DNA from: Candidatus Poribacteria bacterium
Lineage (GTDB): Bacteria; Poribacteria; WGA-4E; JAJDTR01
Length of the DNA: 64,000 nucleotides
Assembly (NCBI GenBank): GCA_965222225.1
Contig: CBDCTK010000002.1
Span: forward strand, 3,424,001-3,488,000
Direction of reading: 5' to 3'
The first letter of the stretch is position 1. Each line of letters starts with the position of its first letter. Positions 49,649 through 58,999 of this stretch are shown here, piece by piece. Position numbers and translations under genes: made by a program. The notes beneath the pieces are model-generated. The model saw only the letters and a list, made by a program, of their open reading frames with translations. It was not told the DNA's origin and made no database searches.

Positions 49649-50365
49649 ATGGATAAGACGGCAATTATATCCGGTGTTGGTCCCGGTTTGGGAGCTTCGC
49701 TTGCGAGAAAGTTCGCAAAAGAGGGATGGGCGGTTGGTTTGCTTGCACGCTCTTCCGACTACATTGAAAGCCTAGCTCAAGAACTAAATGAGCATGGCGC
49801 AAACGCGCTTGCAATTTCAACGGACATCACGCAATCCAATCAAGTTGCGGACTGTTTTGCGAAGATTCGCAAGCAACTCGGCTCGGTAGATGTTCTGGTA
49901 AATCATGCGGGAAATGCGGTATGGAAAACCTTTACCGACCTAACACCACAGGAGTTCGAACAATCGTGGCGGGTTTGTGCGCTTGGCTCATTTCTCTGTT
50001 CTCAGCACGCCGTGCCGGATATGCTCGCTCGCGGAAGCGGAACGATTCTTTTCACCGGCGCCACCTCTGCGATTCGAGGAAGAGGCGCGGCGTCAGCCTT
50101 CAGCAGCGCGAAATTCGCTGTCCGAGGGCTCGCATGGTCGCTTGCCCGCGAAGTTGGCCCCAAAGGCATTCACGTTGCGCACGTGATCATTGATGGCGTA
50201 ATCGACACCCCCGGTGTCCGATCAAGCCTGTCGGACGACGCGGACGAGCCGCTGCTTAATCCGGACGCCATTGCCCAAACATACTGGAGCCTGGTGCTTC
50301 AAGAGAAAAGCGCCTGGAGTTTCGAGGTTGATTTGCGGCCCCACAATGAAGAATTCTTCACTTAG
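49649..50365 (+). CDS. SDR family oxidoreductase
   Basis: SGVGPGLG, NHAG, TGATSA, FSSAK, HVAHVIIDG. Confidence 0.92.
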   Translation: MDKTAIISGVGPGLGASLARKFAKEGWAVGLLARSSDYIESLAQELNEHGANALAISTDITQSNQVADCFAKIRKQLGSVDVLVNHAGNAVWKTFTDLTPQEFEQSWRVCALGSFLCSQHAVPDMLARGSGTILFTGATSAIRGRGAASAFSSAKFAVRGLAWSLAREVGPKGIHVAHVIIDGVIDTPGVRSSLSDDADEPLLNPDAIAQTYWSLVLQEKSAWSFEVDLRPHNEEFFT

Positions 50366-50406
50366 TTGCGGGCATCACACTATTCTATTGAAGAGGGTTT
50401 CCGACG

Positions 50407-51207
50407 ATGATTAATAACGATCAGGTAAAGTTCTTTTGGGAACACGGTTATCTACACATCCCGCAGGTTTTCACGCCCGAAGAAACAGATGAATTGACCA
50501 GCGAACTTGATTGGCTCATTGATAAATGGGCAAATATTACCCCGGGCTGGTCCGGCCCTTGGCGTCGAAAGTACATGGATGCGGAAACCGAGAAAAAATC
50601 CAAACTGATTGCGATGCACGATTTGTCATTCTATTCCGAGGCGTGGATGAAAGCCGTCACCAATCCCGGTCTATGCGATGCGATGGCTGCCCTGCTAGGT
50701 CCCCGTGCAGAACTTCATCATAGTACCATGCACGTCAAACCGCCGGAAACCGGACATCCATTCCCCATGCACCAAGATTGGGCGTTCTACAAGCATCGAG
50801 ATGGTCGCTATGTCGATCTGTTAGCCCACCTTGATGATACCTGTCACGAAAACGGTGAAATCCGCTTCCTTGATGGGTCGCATAAGGGCGGCGCCCTGGA
50901 ACATATCACCCGGAATCCTGACGGTACGACCTGCACGCCGCATCTGCCTACCGACCAATACAAGCTGGAAGATTCTCTCGCTGTCCCCGCCAAACGAGGC
51001 GATGTCGTATGTTTTAGCCTCCATGCCATCCACGGATCCTACATCAACCAAACAGACAAGAACCGTCGTCTCGTGCGGTTCGGATACCGCCATCCTGAGA
51101 ACGAGCAGTTTGAAGGCCAGAGTTTGGGAAGACCGGGTCTGATGGTTCGCGGCAGTCGCAGACGGGGGATTCATCAGGAGTTGTTTACCAACACGGGACC
51201 TAGATGA
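50407..51207 (+). CDS. PhyH family dioxygenase
   Basis: KPP, MHQD, ENGEIRFLDGSH, IHGS..N. Confidence 0.9.
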   Translation: MINNDQVKFFWEHGYLHIPQVFTPEETDELTSELDWLIDKWANITPGWSGPWRRKYMDAETEKKSKLIAMHDLSFYSEAWMKAVTNPGLCDAMAALLGPRAELHHSTMHVKPPETGHPFPMHQDWAFYKHRDGRYVDLLAHLDDTCHENGEIRFLDGSHKGGALEHITRNPDGTTCTPHLPTDQYKLEDSLAVPAKRGDVVCFSLHAIHGSYINQTDKNRRLVRFGYRHPENEQFEGQSLGRPGLMVRGSRRRGIHQELFTNTGPR

Positions 51208-51318
51208 GTTTAACATTTACAGGACAGGTATTGAAGATATTATCATTCTCCCCGTGTTCCGGAATTGTCCTGTTTAGAACTTGCTTCAAATCCATTTTCG
51301 CGTAAAATCATATGCCCT

Positions 51319-51394
51319 GAAACCGATGAAATGAGATCAAGCGAGTGGATAACGAGCGCGATAGAGATCCCTTCTTTCTTCAGAGCTCGGTTTC
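51319..51394 (+). repeat. GAAACCGAG-type palindrome interrupted by a GA-hairpin unit (51336-51371)
   Basis: GAAACCG ATGAAATGAG[unit]TTCTTTCTTCAGAGCTCGGTTTC. Confidence 0.88.
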
Positions 51395-51407
51395 TTCCGC
51401 AATCACT

Positions 51408-51432
51408 GTAGGAGCGATCTCCGAATCGCGAC
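51408..51432 (+). repeat. Uninterrupted GTAG REP-like element
   Basis: GTAGGAGCGATCTCCGAATCGCGAC. Confidence 0.8.
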
Positions 51433-51483
51433 CTCTGCATATTTGAAAAAGCAGTTTCGACGTTTCCGACGAAGGAGACAAGA

Positions 51484-51726
51484 ATGGAAGTGAATAAGGA
51501 TGTCATCATTAGCATGGCGATTGAGACGTGGCGTTTTAGACGGGTTTCTGAGCGTTTGATCGCCAAGCTTGAAACCGGCGAGCAACAGCGATACCAAAGC
51601 CAGTTGCGATGGTTCGAGAAGAAACTGGAGGAGTTTCTGGTGCAGGTTGGTTGGCAGATTGTTGATGTCGAAGGACAGCCCTTCGATCCGGGCATGGCTG
51701 CCACTCAAAAACTCGGAACAAGCTGA
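51484..51726 (+). pseudogene. GrpE-like protein, apparently 3'-truncated
   Basis: RBS AAGGAG; helical N-terminus then EGQPFDPGM (GrpE-like G..FDP) but stops 9 aa later. Confidence 0.5.
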
Positions 51727-54088
51727 AAAAATCTGTGAATTACTAAAGTCATCCGAAGGGAATTTAGGCGCGTTGGACAAACTGAAGCAAGTCCAAAATC
51801 GTCTCGGCGCAGATGAGCTGATGCCAATCGCCAAATGCAACGTGCTTGCCGCCGGGCTGTCGCGCCTGCCAGTTTGCCCCTCAGATGAGATAGCGACATG
51901 GCTTTTTGAACTTGCTTGGATATCCGAGGATATCAACGCAGAAGAGGTTCGCGCGGTCATCAATACGGATCGCAACGTAGCCGGTTTCCCAAGGGCAAAC
52001 CTACCACATATAGAAGCGGAAATCCAGAATCTCCGAGACTATTATCGACAGGTCATGACATCGGCCCTGGGTAATCTATCCGTTGATGAACGCGCCGAAG
52101 CACTGAACCGGGTAGTCGAACCAGCAACTGACGACGAGAAGCCAACACCTCGCTTGATTGATCGCTTGGTTGACTGGTATGAAGTAGATGCCAACGCATA
52201 TCTTGAGGAGCATGAAACCAAAATCCGGGAATTAGACGAGAAACTCCGATTGGCGGCTGATGAGAAGCATCCGGATTCAGCTCTTGCCGCGTTGATAAAT
52301 CAACTCACTGATGCCATCAACAACTGGCATGCCGTTGCACACCCAATACAGATTAGCAAGAAAATCAAAGGGTTACCTGATGAAGATAGCACGCGTGTAG
52401 CGTGGCGCGTGCGAGACTTGGCAATCCATCTCTTCCATGATTATAGCAAGTTAAGTTTCTGTCAGCAACTTATAGTGATACTCCAAGCGGTGTTCGCAGA
52501 GGTTGTCGAAATTTCTGAAGTTCTTGCTAAGCACACAAGGGAATTAGAGAAAATCACTGGGGTGCGTACGCCGAAAGCACCTAATTCAACCGTTGGGAGG
52601 CGTGAATTGCGCGCGCGCCGAGATATCGAAATACGGGTCCGAAAACTGCGGAAGCTGCTTACCGCCGCGGATTCAGACATGGATTTCATTTTGGCTCTGG
52701 AGAATGGGTTACTCATTCAGTCTGTCAAAAAATGGAAAAACTTGACACAACCAATTACGGCATCGAATGCAGATTGTCGTCATGTCGCAAATCTTGTGAG
52801 AGAATTGGCGCTTTTTCTTTGGAAGGAACACGGTGAACTTGGTGTTTCTCTCCAGCTTCTAAAGATGCTCCAAGAGGAGTTTGCAAGAGTGCGCGAAATT
52901 GCCGCTATTATTGCCGGGGACCTAAAGGCACTAGAAGCGTCAAAGCGTGCGCGCATACAGGTTCAGATTCAGGTTCAGGCTGAGAAACTGCGCGCCGCCG
53001 CTGATGCGAAACAACCCGACTCCGTCTTGAGTGAGATGGTTAACCATCTTATTCAGGCGGTCAATGAATGGGAAACTTTAACACAACCATTTGAGTCATA
53101 CCGCGCAGATTATTATAGCGTGGCAAATCTTGCGATAGAATTGGCGCTCTACCTTTGGCGCGAATGCGGCAAGCTTGATTGTTCGCGCCAACTCCTAAAA
53201 ATGCTCCAGAAAGTATTTGCAGACGTTCATGAAATCGCGACTCTTATATCTGGGGACATAAAGGCGTTAGAATCGCCAGAACGCGCACGTCTAGATGTTA
53301 AAGTCCAGGCTGAGAAACTGCGTGCCGCCGCTGATTCGAAACAACCCGACCCCGTCTTGAGTGAGATGGTTAACCAACTCATTCAGGCGGTCAATGAATG
53401 GAAAGCGTTGGCTCAACCGATTAAAGCGTATTCTGCAGATTATTATCATGTGGCGTATCTCGTGCAGGAATTGGCACGTCATCTTCTGGAGGAACACGGA
53501 AAGCTTGATAATTCTCGTCTTCTCTTTAAGATGCTGCAACAAGAATTTGCGGAGGTTGACCAAATCGCGGCTCTCGTGGCTGAGCACCTAGATGCGCTAG
53601 AGGCTGTAGAGAGTGCATGTCGACATATTGAAATACAAGTCAAGGGACTGCGCGACATCGTTTATGCGAAACACTACCATCCCGATTTGAGTCCGATGGT
53701 AAACCAACTCATTCAGTCTGTCAAAGGATGGAGAGAACTGGCGCAACCGATTAAGGCATATTGTGGAGATTATTGCAGTGTGGCGAAGCTTGTCTTGGAA
53801 TTGGCGGTAAACCTTCGGAACAAAGGAAAACTCCGTTCTTCTCGTCAACTCACCGAGATGCTGCAGGATATATTCGGAGAAATCCCCGAAATTGCCACTC
53901 TTCTTGCTGAGGACGCCAAAACACGAGATGAGACTGTCAAGAAGCACGCACCCCGAGTCGCTAAGGAGCGGTCACGCCGGATTGGAGCTGCGATGGGTCG
54001 CTATGAGCTTACCGACCGGTCCACGCTAATCGTTGCGGTTATAGTAATTGGCACAGTGGCAGGTTTGACGTTAATGGAATTGTTCTAA
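51569..54088 (+). CDS. Helical repeat protein (about five ~110-aa units) with C-terminal TM helix; true start unclear
   Basis: 330-nt period at 52976, 53306 and 53636; hydrophobic tail LIVAVIVIGTVAGLTLM. Confidence 0.75.
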   Translation: MKPASNSDTKASCDGSRRNWRSFWCRLVGRLLMSKDSPSIRAWLPLKNSEQAEKICELLKSSEGNLGALDKLKQVQNRLGADELMPIAKCNVLAAGLSRLPVCPSDEIATWLFELAWISEDINAEEVRAVINTDRNVAGFPRANLPHIEAEIQNLRDYYRQVMTSALGNLSVDERAEALNRVVEPATDDEKPTPRLIDRLVDWYEVDANAYLEEHETKIRELDEKLRLAADEKHPDSALAALINQLTDAINNWHAVAHPIQISKKIKGLPDEDSTRVAWRVRDLAIHLFHDYSKLSFCQQLIVILQAVFAEVVEISEVLAKHTRELEKITGVRTPKAPNSTVGRRELRARRDIEIRVRKLRKLLTAADSDMDFILALENGLLIQSVKKWKNLTQPITASNADCRHVANLVRELALFLWKEHGELGVSLQLLKMLQEEFARVREIAAIIAGDLKALEASKRARIQVQIQVQAEKLRAAADAKQPDSVLSEMVNHLIQAVNEWETLTQPFESYRADYYSVANLAIELALYLWRECGKLDCSRQLLKMLQKVFADVHEIATLISGDIKALESPERARLDVKVQAEKLRAAADSKQPDPVLSEMVNQLIQAVNEWKALAQPIKAYSADYYHVAYLVQELARHLLEEHGKLDNSRLLFKMLQQEFAEVDQIAALVAEHLDALEAVESACRHIEIQVKGLRDIVYAKHYHPDLSPMVNQLIQSVKGWRELAQPIKAYCGDYCSVAKLVLELAVNLRNKGKLRSSRQLTEMLQDIFGEIPEIATLLAEDAKTRDETVKKHAPRVAKERSRRIGAAMGRYELTDRSTLIVAVIVIGTVAGLTLMELF

Positions 54089-54273
54089 AGGGACAGCCGT
54101 TGCCATTTGTACAGGCGAGAAAGGTGAGCGCGGGGAACCGACCTTATAACAATTCTGACGGAAGACCAGCGCGAGAAAATATCTAGAAGGCAGGTCTAGG
54201 CCCCTTCTCTAAAAATTAACTCCGTATTTCACTCAAGGCCCTTGAGTTCAGCCTCCCTCAGATATAAACAAGT

Positions 54274-56145
54274 CTATCTATTCCGATGATACACCCACCA
54301 CTCTATCAGCAGCAGCAATATCCCCAAACACGCCGTATATTTCCAAATCTCGCGATTTACCTCTTGTAGATGATCGGCGGGAGGGGTTCCAGCCGGCCCC
54401 GATTCCGCTCCGTCCACCACGAGTTGTGGCGAAGAAATGCCCGATTCCTGGGAATCAAGAAGATTAACCGCAAATCGCCCCACTTGACGATTGTTAACGG
54501 ACACGGAATACAAGCCCACAAGCGACGTGTCCGCGAAAATGATAGGCGTGGCTCCTGATGAGACAGCCGTTACCGAGTCATCGGGCAATTGAACGGTAAC
54601 GTCATCTTCCGCCTCCGGATCACTGAGCAAGATTTTCACGGGAGTCCCAACCTTAGCAACGTCAGGTTGAACGGTCGTATTCGGGACAGCAAGCCACTCA
54701 AGACAGCGAGACAACAGAATCGGTGCCGAAGGAATCAAGAGCGCGAACCGTGAAGTTTCCAGATTGAACGCATCAAATCCAAATACGACGTACTTACGAT
54801 TGGCGTTTTCCCCAGCCCAGATTAACGCCCCCTCCACGGTTTCGGCTAACGGACTTCCCCAACTTGGCAATTGAGCAACAAGCGATCCTTTGACCGACAG
54901 ATCGATTAACGACACGTCACGCATTATGGTGTGGGTTCGGTCTTGGTAAATCACGTGCACAGGTTCCATCTTCGTTTCGGTAACCGGCATGAACGGTAGT
55001 CCGCCAACAGGGTTCAGAAATATAGCATTCGCATCCGGGAGATTTTCAGGCACGTACCTATCAAAAATTACAGTATCTTGGCTTTCCGCACCCCGATAAT
55101 CTTGGGTCTCAATCTCTGCAAGTCCGATTTTTGCATCCGCTTTAAGCATTTTTGACAATAAGGGCTGGGAACGATCGCTCACAAGCAGAACGCGTGACGG
55201 TGTATGGCGATGAAGAAATGCCCAGGCTGTATTATCCAGAGCAAAATCGTCATCTAGCTCAAGATGGAGGCTGACGACCATTCCGTCAAACCCTTTGTCA
55301 TCAATGGGGAACACAATTGACCGATTTTCCCCTGGGGACAAGATTACTGTTTCATCGTCATACCACCTGCCCCCAACCTCTAGGCGCGCTCGAAATTCCC
55401 GCTCCTCCGATCCGAAATTCCGTAGACCCATAAGTACCTGAAATTGACTTGGTTGATTCGGGTTCCGTGAGACATTGAACTGCACGATTCCCACGTTCTC
55501 TCTCTGAGTCCCTACCACGATTTTTTGGAGCGTTGGCGGGGAATTTGGAAATCCTTGGACATCATCGCCTAGATAGATGATTCCCGTGTTCGCACCCTTT
55601 CCATACGCTGTCGCGGATGAAAAAATTGATTCAAAATCGGGTGATGTGTGTAGTGGGGCTATCTCTTGAACTGCGCGACGCAGTTTCTCTTTATCCGAGG
55701 TAAACCCTTGATGAATGTGGCGAGGCGGGCTAGAAGTGTCCATAATCATCATCTGCCCGTTGACGTCGAGCTGGTTGATGAACTCCAATGCTCGCTTCTT
55801 CGCTATTTCAAAACGGCTTTTCCCCAAATCTGTCGATTGCATACTCGCTGAATTTTCGAGGATAAGAACCGACTGTCCGAATAGGGTGCTGTGGTGGCGA
55901 AAGGCAGGACGGGCAACGGTGACTACAGCTAGGGAAAGAAAAAAGAGTTGCAGGATTAACGGAAAAAAACTGCGAATACGCTGAAACGGAACATTGGCTT
56001 TCATATCCTCAACGGCTTCGAGCCAAAACATCACGCTGGGAACAACGTGACGGTTGCGGCGTAGCTTCAGGAAATGCAGTGACGCCACAAGCGGGATAAA
56101 CGCCAATAGATAGAGTGCCGAAGCGTTCAGGAAGTGCATCTTCAT
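54274..56145 (-). CDS. BatA/VWA domain membrane protein
   Basis: N-terminal F.N..AL...LHFLK...VPSVMFW, ARP, ENSASMQ, C-terminal LLLIEWW. Confidence 0.85.
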   Translation of the reverse strand: MKMHFLNASALYLLAFIPLVASLHFLKLRRNRHVVPSVMFWLEAVEDMKANVPFQRIRSFFPLILQLFFLSLAVVTVARPAFRHHSTLFGQSVLILENSASMQSTDLGKSRFEIAKKRALEFINQLDVNGQMMIMDTSSPPRHIHQGFTSDKEKLRRAVQEIAPLHTSPDFESIFSSATAYGKGANTGIIYLGDDVQGFPNSPPTLQKIVVGTQRENVGIVQFNVSRNPNQPSQFQVLMGLRNFGSEEREFRARLEVGGRWYDDETVILSPGENRSIVFPIDDKGFDGMVVSLHLELDDDFALDNTAWAFLHRHTPSRVLLVSDRSQPLLSKMLKADAKIGLAEIETQDYRGAESQDTVIFDRYVPENLPDANAIFLNPVGGLPFMPVTETKMEPVHVIYQDRTHTIMRDVSLIDLSVKGSLVAQLPSWGSPLAETVEGALIWAGENANRKYVVFGFDAFNLETSRFALLIPSAPILLSRCLEWLAVPNTTVQPDVAKVGTPVKILLSDPEAEDDVTVQLPDDSVTAVSSGATPIIFADTSLVGLYSVSVNNRQVGRFAVNLLDSQESGISSPQLVVDGAESGPAGTPPADHLQEVNREIWKYTACLGILLLLIEWWVYHRNR

Positions 56146-56247
56146 TGAACTCCCGGCATTCAGCGCAACGCACGGAAAACCGATAAATTAGCGGACTAAA
56201 TACGGTGATTTATAACAAACCACAAGAGGGCAATTCGTGTACGCAAT

Positions 56248-56712
56248 CTAGCGTTCAGTTGCGGGTATATCAGATTCAGCGGTATCTCCTGCCGTATCCG
56301 TTTTGCCCGCCTCTATGTCTTGGACTCGCTGCAACAGATCCTCTGCGTCCAGACGCCCTACTTCTCCATATTTTTTCAACTGCTCGCATTTTTCTCGGGC
56401 TTTATCGTATTCATGTTGCTCAAGATAGATTGTCCCAAGATTCCTGTGCATTTCTCGGAACACCCCGGGCCAATTGCGCGCCGATTCCTTGCTGAGTAAC
56501 TGCGTCGCTTTGGCGATGGCGTTATTGACAACCTCATCAAGCGCCGATTTCTCAGTTTCCGGCAAACTGTTTACGTCCTCGCCGTTTTCTTCCATCTGCT
56601 GGATCTTTTCGTTGTGCTCACGCAGTTGATTAATCGCCTTGTCGCAATCGTTATAGGTCTTTTCAATGCTCAACGCCCCTTCAAAGATTTTTGACAAAAA
56701 TCCCAGTTTCAT
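56248..56712 (-). CDS. Hypothetical protein with a TPR-like motif
   Basis: RBS GGAGGA; MHRNLGTIYLEQHEYDKA. Confidence 0.7.
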   Translation of the reverse strand: MKLGFLSKIFEGALSIEKTYNDCDKAINQLREHNEKIQQMEENGEDVNSLPETEKSALDEVVNNAIAKATQLLSKESARNWPGVFREMHRNLGTIYLEQHEYDKAREKCEQLKKYGEVGRLDAEDLLQRVQDIEAGKTDTAGDTAESDIPATER

Positions 56713-56924
56713 AGAATCCTCCGCAATGTTATGCTTTGTACTGCATTGTTGCCTACCGGGTATTATACCAAATGTAAAAAAATAAGACAATGATCGATAT
56801 GGAAATTGTTGTTCGTACGTTCACTATCCTAGATTACGGGAAAACGGTTGCATTTGCCATCAAAACAGGTTAAAATACGCGAAGTCAGTATCAACTGAAA
56901 TCCCTTTAGAAATCCGTCTGTTCT

Positions 56925-57749
56925 ATGTCAACCTCTACCGTCCCTCACACCGGAAAATTTGACACGCGCACCGAGATTATCTCCAATGAGGAGGTTGCTC
57001 AAGGCCACTATTTGCTATATTGTACCTGTCCGAAAATCGCCGAGAGCGCTCTTCCGGGTCAGTTTGTCCACGTACTAATCTTAGACGATTCGGGGCTTCT
57101 ACTGCGCCGTCCGTTCACAATCTACAGCATCCACGGAACGCGAATCTCAATGTTGTACCAAGTCACAGGGGAAGGTACTGCCATGTTGGCGCAGATGCGT
57201 TCCGGGGCGCCGATTCAAGTTCTTGGTCCCCTTGGCAAGGCGTTCCACATCCCTTCGCGCCTCGAAGCGGCAATTCTCGTAGGAGGCGGTGCGGGAATCG
57301 CGTCGCTAATGCTCCTTGCTGCCGAGCTAAAAAAGGTGGGGATACGAACACTAGGGTTGGTCGGTGCCCTCAATTGCGCGCGTCTCTTATCCGTTTCCGA
57401 CTTACAGCGGATCAACGTTGAGACACATATCGCCACCGACGACGGAAGCGTCGGGCATCGCGGTTTTGTTACGGGAATTCTTGGCGACATTTTAGAACGA
57501 CCTCAGACGCATTCACTCCGAAATCCAACCATCTACGCGTGCGGACCACACGAAATGTTGCATGCGGTTACAAAGATGACGCTTTCTCATCATGCTCCGA
57601 CACAACTCGCTATGGAGAATCGAATGGGGTGCGCACTGGGTGTCTGCCTCGGTTGTGTTTGCAGAGTTCGTACCACCTCCGGCGAGGTTGAATATCAGCG
57701 GGTGTGTACGGAAGGACCGGTGTTTAATGCAGAGGACATTGTCTGGTGA
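56925..57749 (+). CDS. pyrK: Dihydroorotate dehydrogenase electron transfer subunit
   Basis: PGQF, LRRPF, GPLG, TDDGS.G, ACGP, MGCALGVCLGC, VCTEGPVF. Confidence 0.9.
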   Translation: MSTSTVPHTGKFDTRTEIISNEEVAQGHYLLYCTCPKIAESALPGQFVHVLILDDSGLLLRRPFTIYSIHGTRISMLYQVTGEGTAMLAQMRSGAPIQVLGPLGKAFHIPSRLEAAILVGGGAGIASLMLLAAELKKVGIRTLGLVGALNCARLLSVSDLQRINVETHIATDDGSVGHRGFVTGILGDILERPQTHSLRNPTIYACGPHEMLHAVTKMTLSHHAPTQLAMENRMGCALGVCLGCVCRVRTTSGEVEYQRVCTEGPVFNAEDIVW

Positions 57750-57874
57750 GGTGTATCGTAACGCAAAACGTGTACATTGCTAACGATGACATTTCCGCTT
57801 GCGTCCAAAACGAACCGTGGAACAACATAAGGCGTGTCATGAGTAAAAATCTCATATAGAACTTGGGAGAGCCT

Positions 57875-58999
57875 ATGGAAAGCGCATTCTACGATGAACT
57901 CACAGAAAAAAGTATAAACGGGGAAAGACTTCCTGACGAGTTGTGTCTTGAAATTCTGACCTCGCCGCGTGTCGAACTGCTGCGGTTGCTTGACGCTGCC
58001 TATCAAGTACGAAAAAAATACACCGGCAACGAGGTTCAACTCCATATTATAAACAATGCACAAAACGGGGGTTGTCCGGAGGATTGTCACTACTGCACCC
58101 AAGCGAAATCATCGACCACGGGCATCGAAACTTACCCGGTTAAACCTGAAGCGGAAATTTTGGATGAAGCTCAGCGTGCTTATGAGTCGGGAGCTTACCG
58201 ATACTGCATGGTGTTTGCCGGGCGCGGACCATCGAAATCACGAATTAAGCGGCTAGCGGGATTAATCAAGACCATTAAATCCCAATTTCCAATTCAGGTT
58301 TGCCTCTCCGCAGGACTAATCAATCGCGAAGGGGTGGATATTCTAAAGGATGCTGGATTAGATCGGTTGAATCATAACCTCAATACGTCAGAGGTACACT
58401 ATCCAAATGTTTGCACAACCCACACATACACGGATCGAATGGATACCTTGAAAGCCGCGCGAGAAGTTGGAGTCGAATTGTGCTCGGGTCTAATCGTGGG
58501 TATGGGAGAGAACTCCAAGGACATAGTTGAAGTGGCAAAAACGCTGCGAGAACTCCGCGTTTCTTCGATACCCGTTAATTTTCTTCTTCCTTTTGATGGA
58601 AATGTGTTTTCAGCCGCACCCGATATCACTCCGGACTACTGCCTTCGGGTTCTGTGCCTGTTTCGCCTGTTGAATTCAGACGCGGAGATTCGCGTCGCTG
58701 CCGGTCGTGAAGTCCATCTGCGGAGCATGGAGGTTATGGCTCTCTACCCCGCAAACTCACTCTTTATTGACGGTTATCTGAACGCTAAGGGTGCATCTCG
58801 AGCGCGAACCCTTAAAATGATTCAAGATGCGGGCTTTACCATCAAGGCAGATCAATCTTTGGAACACCTGTTGGAAAGAGAGAAAGAGCGCGGCAAATCT
58901 TTGTCGGTTCTCAATGAGGATAAACCGATGAAAAATCTCAATGAGCTGCGACCAAACTTCCGTGTGAGAGATATTCCTAGAGAGAATGATGGGCTCTAA
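57875..58999 (+). CDS. bioB: Biotin synthase
   Basis: CPEDCHYC, NHNLNTS, CSGLIVGMGE, SIPVNFL, RVAAGRE. Confidence 0.95.
   Translation: MESAFYDELTEKSINGERLPDELCLEILTSPRVELLRLLDAAYQVRKKYTGNEVQLHIINNAQNGGCPEDCHYCTQAKSSTTGIETYPVKPEAEILDEAQRAYESGAYRYCMVFAGRGPSKSRIKRLAGLIKTIKSQFPIQVCLSAGLINREGVDILKDAGLDRLNHNLNTSEVHYPNVCTTHTYTDRMDTLKAAREVGVELCSGLIVGMGENSKDIVEVAKTLRELRVSSIPVNFLLPFDGNVFSAAPDITPDYCLRVLCLFRLLNSDAEIRVAAGREVHLRSMEVMALYPANSLFIDGYLNAKGASRARTLKMIQDAGFTIKADQSLEHLLEREKERGKSLSVLNEDKPMKNLNELRPNFRVRDIPRENDGL

Noticed and set aside
56925-58999. pyrK without pyrD and bioB without other bio genes
   Set aside because: Dispersed housekeeping genes are common and nothing else unusual is supported.
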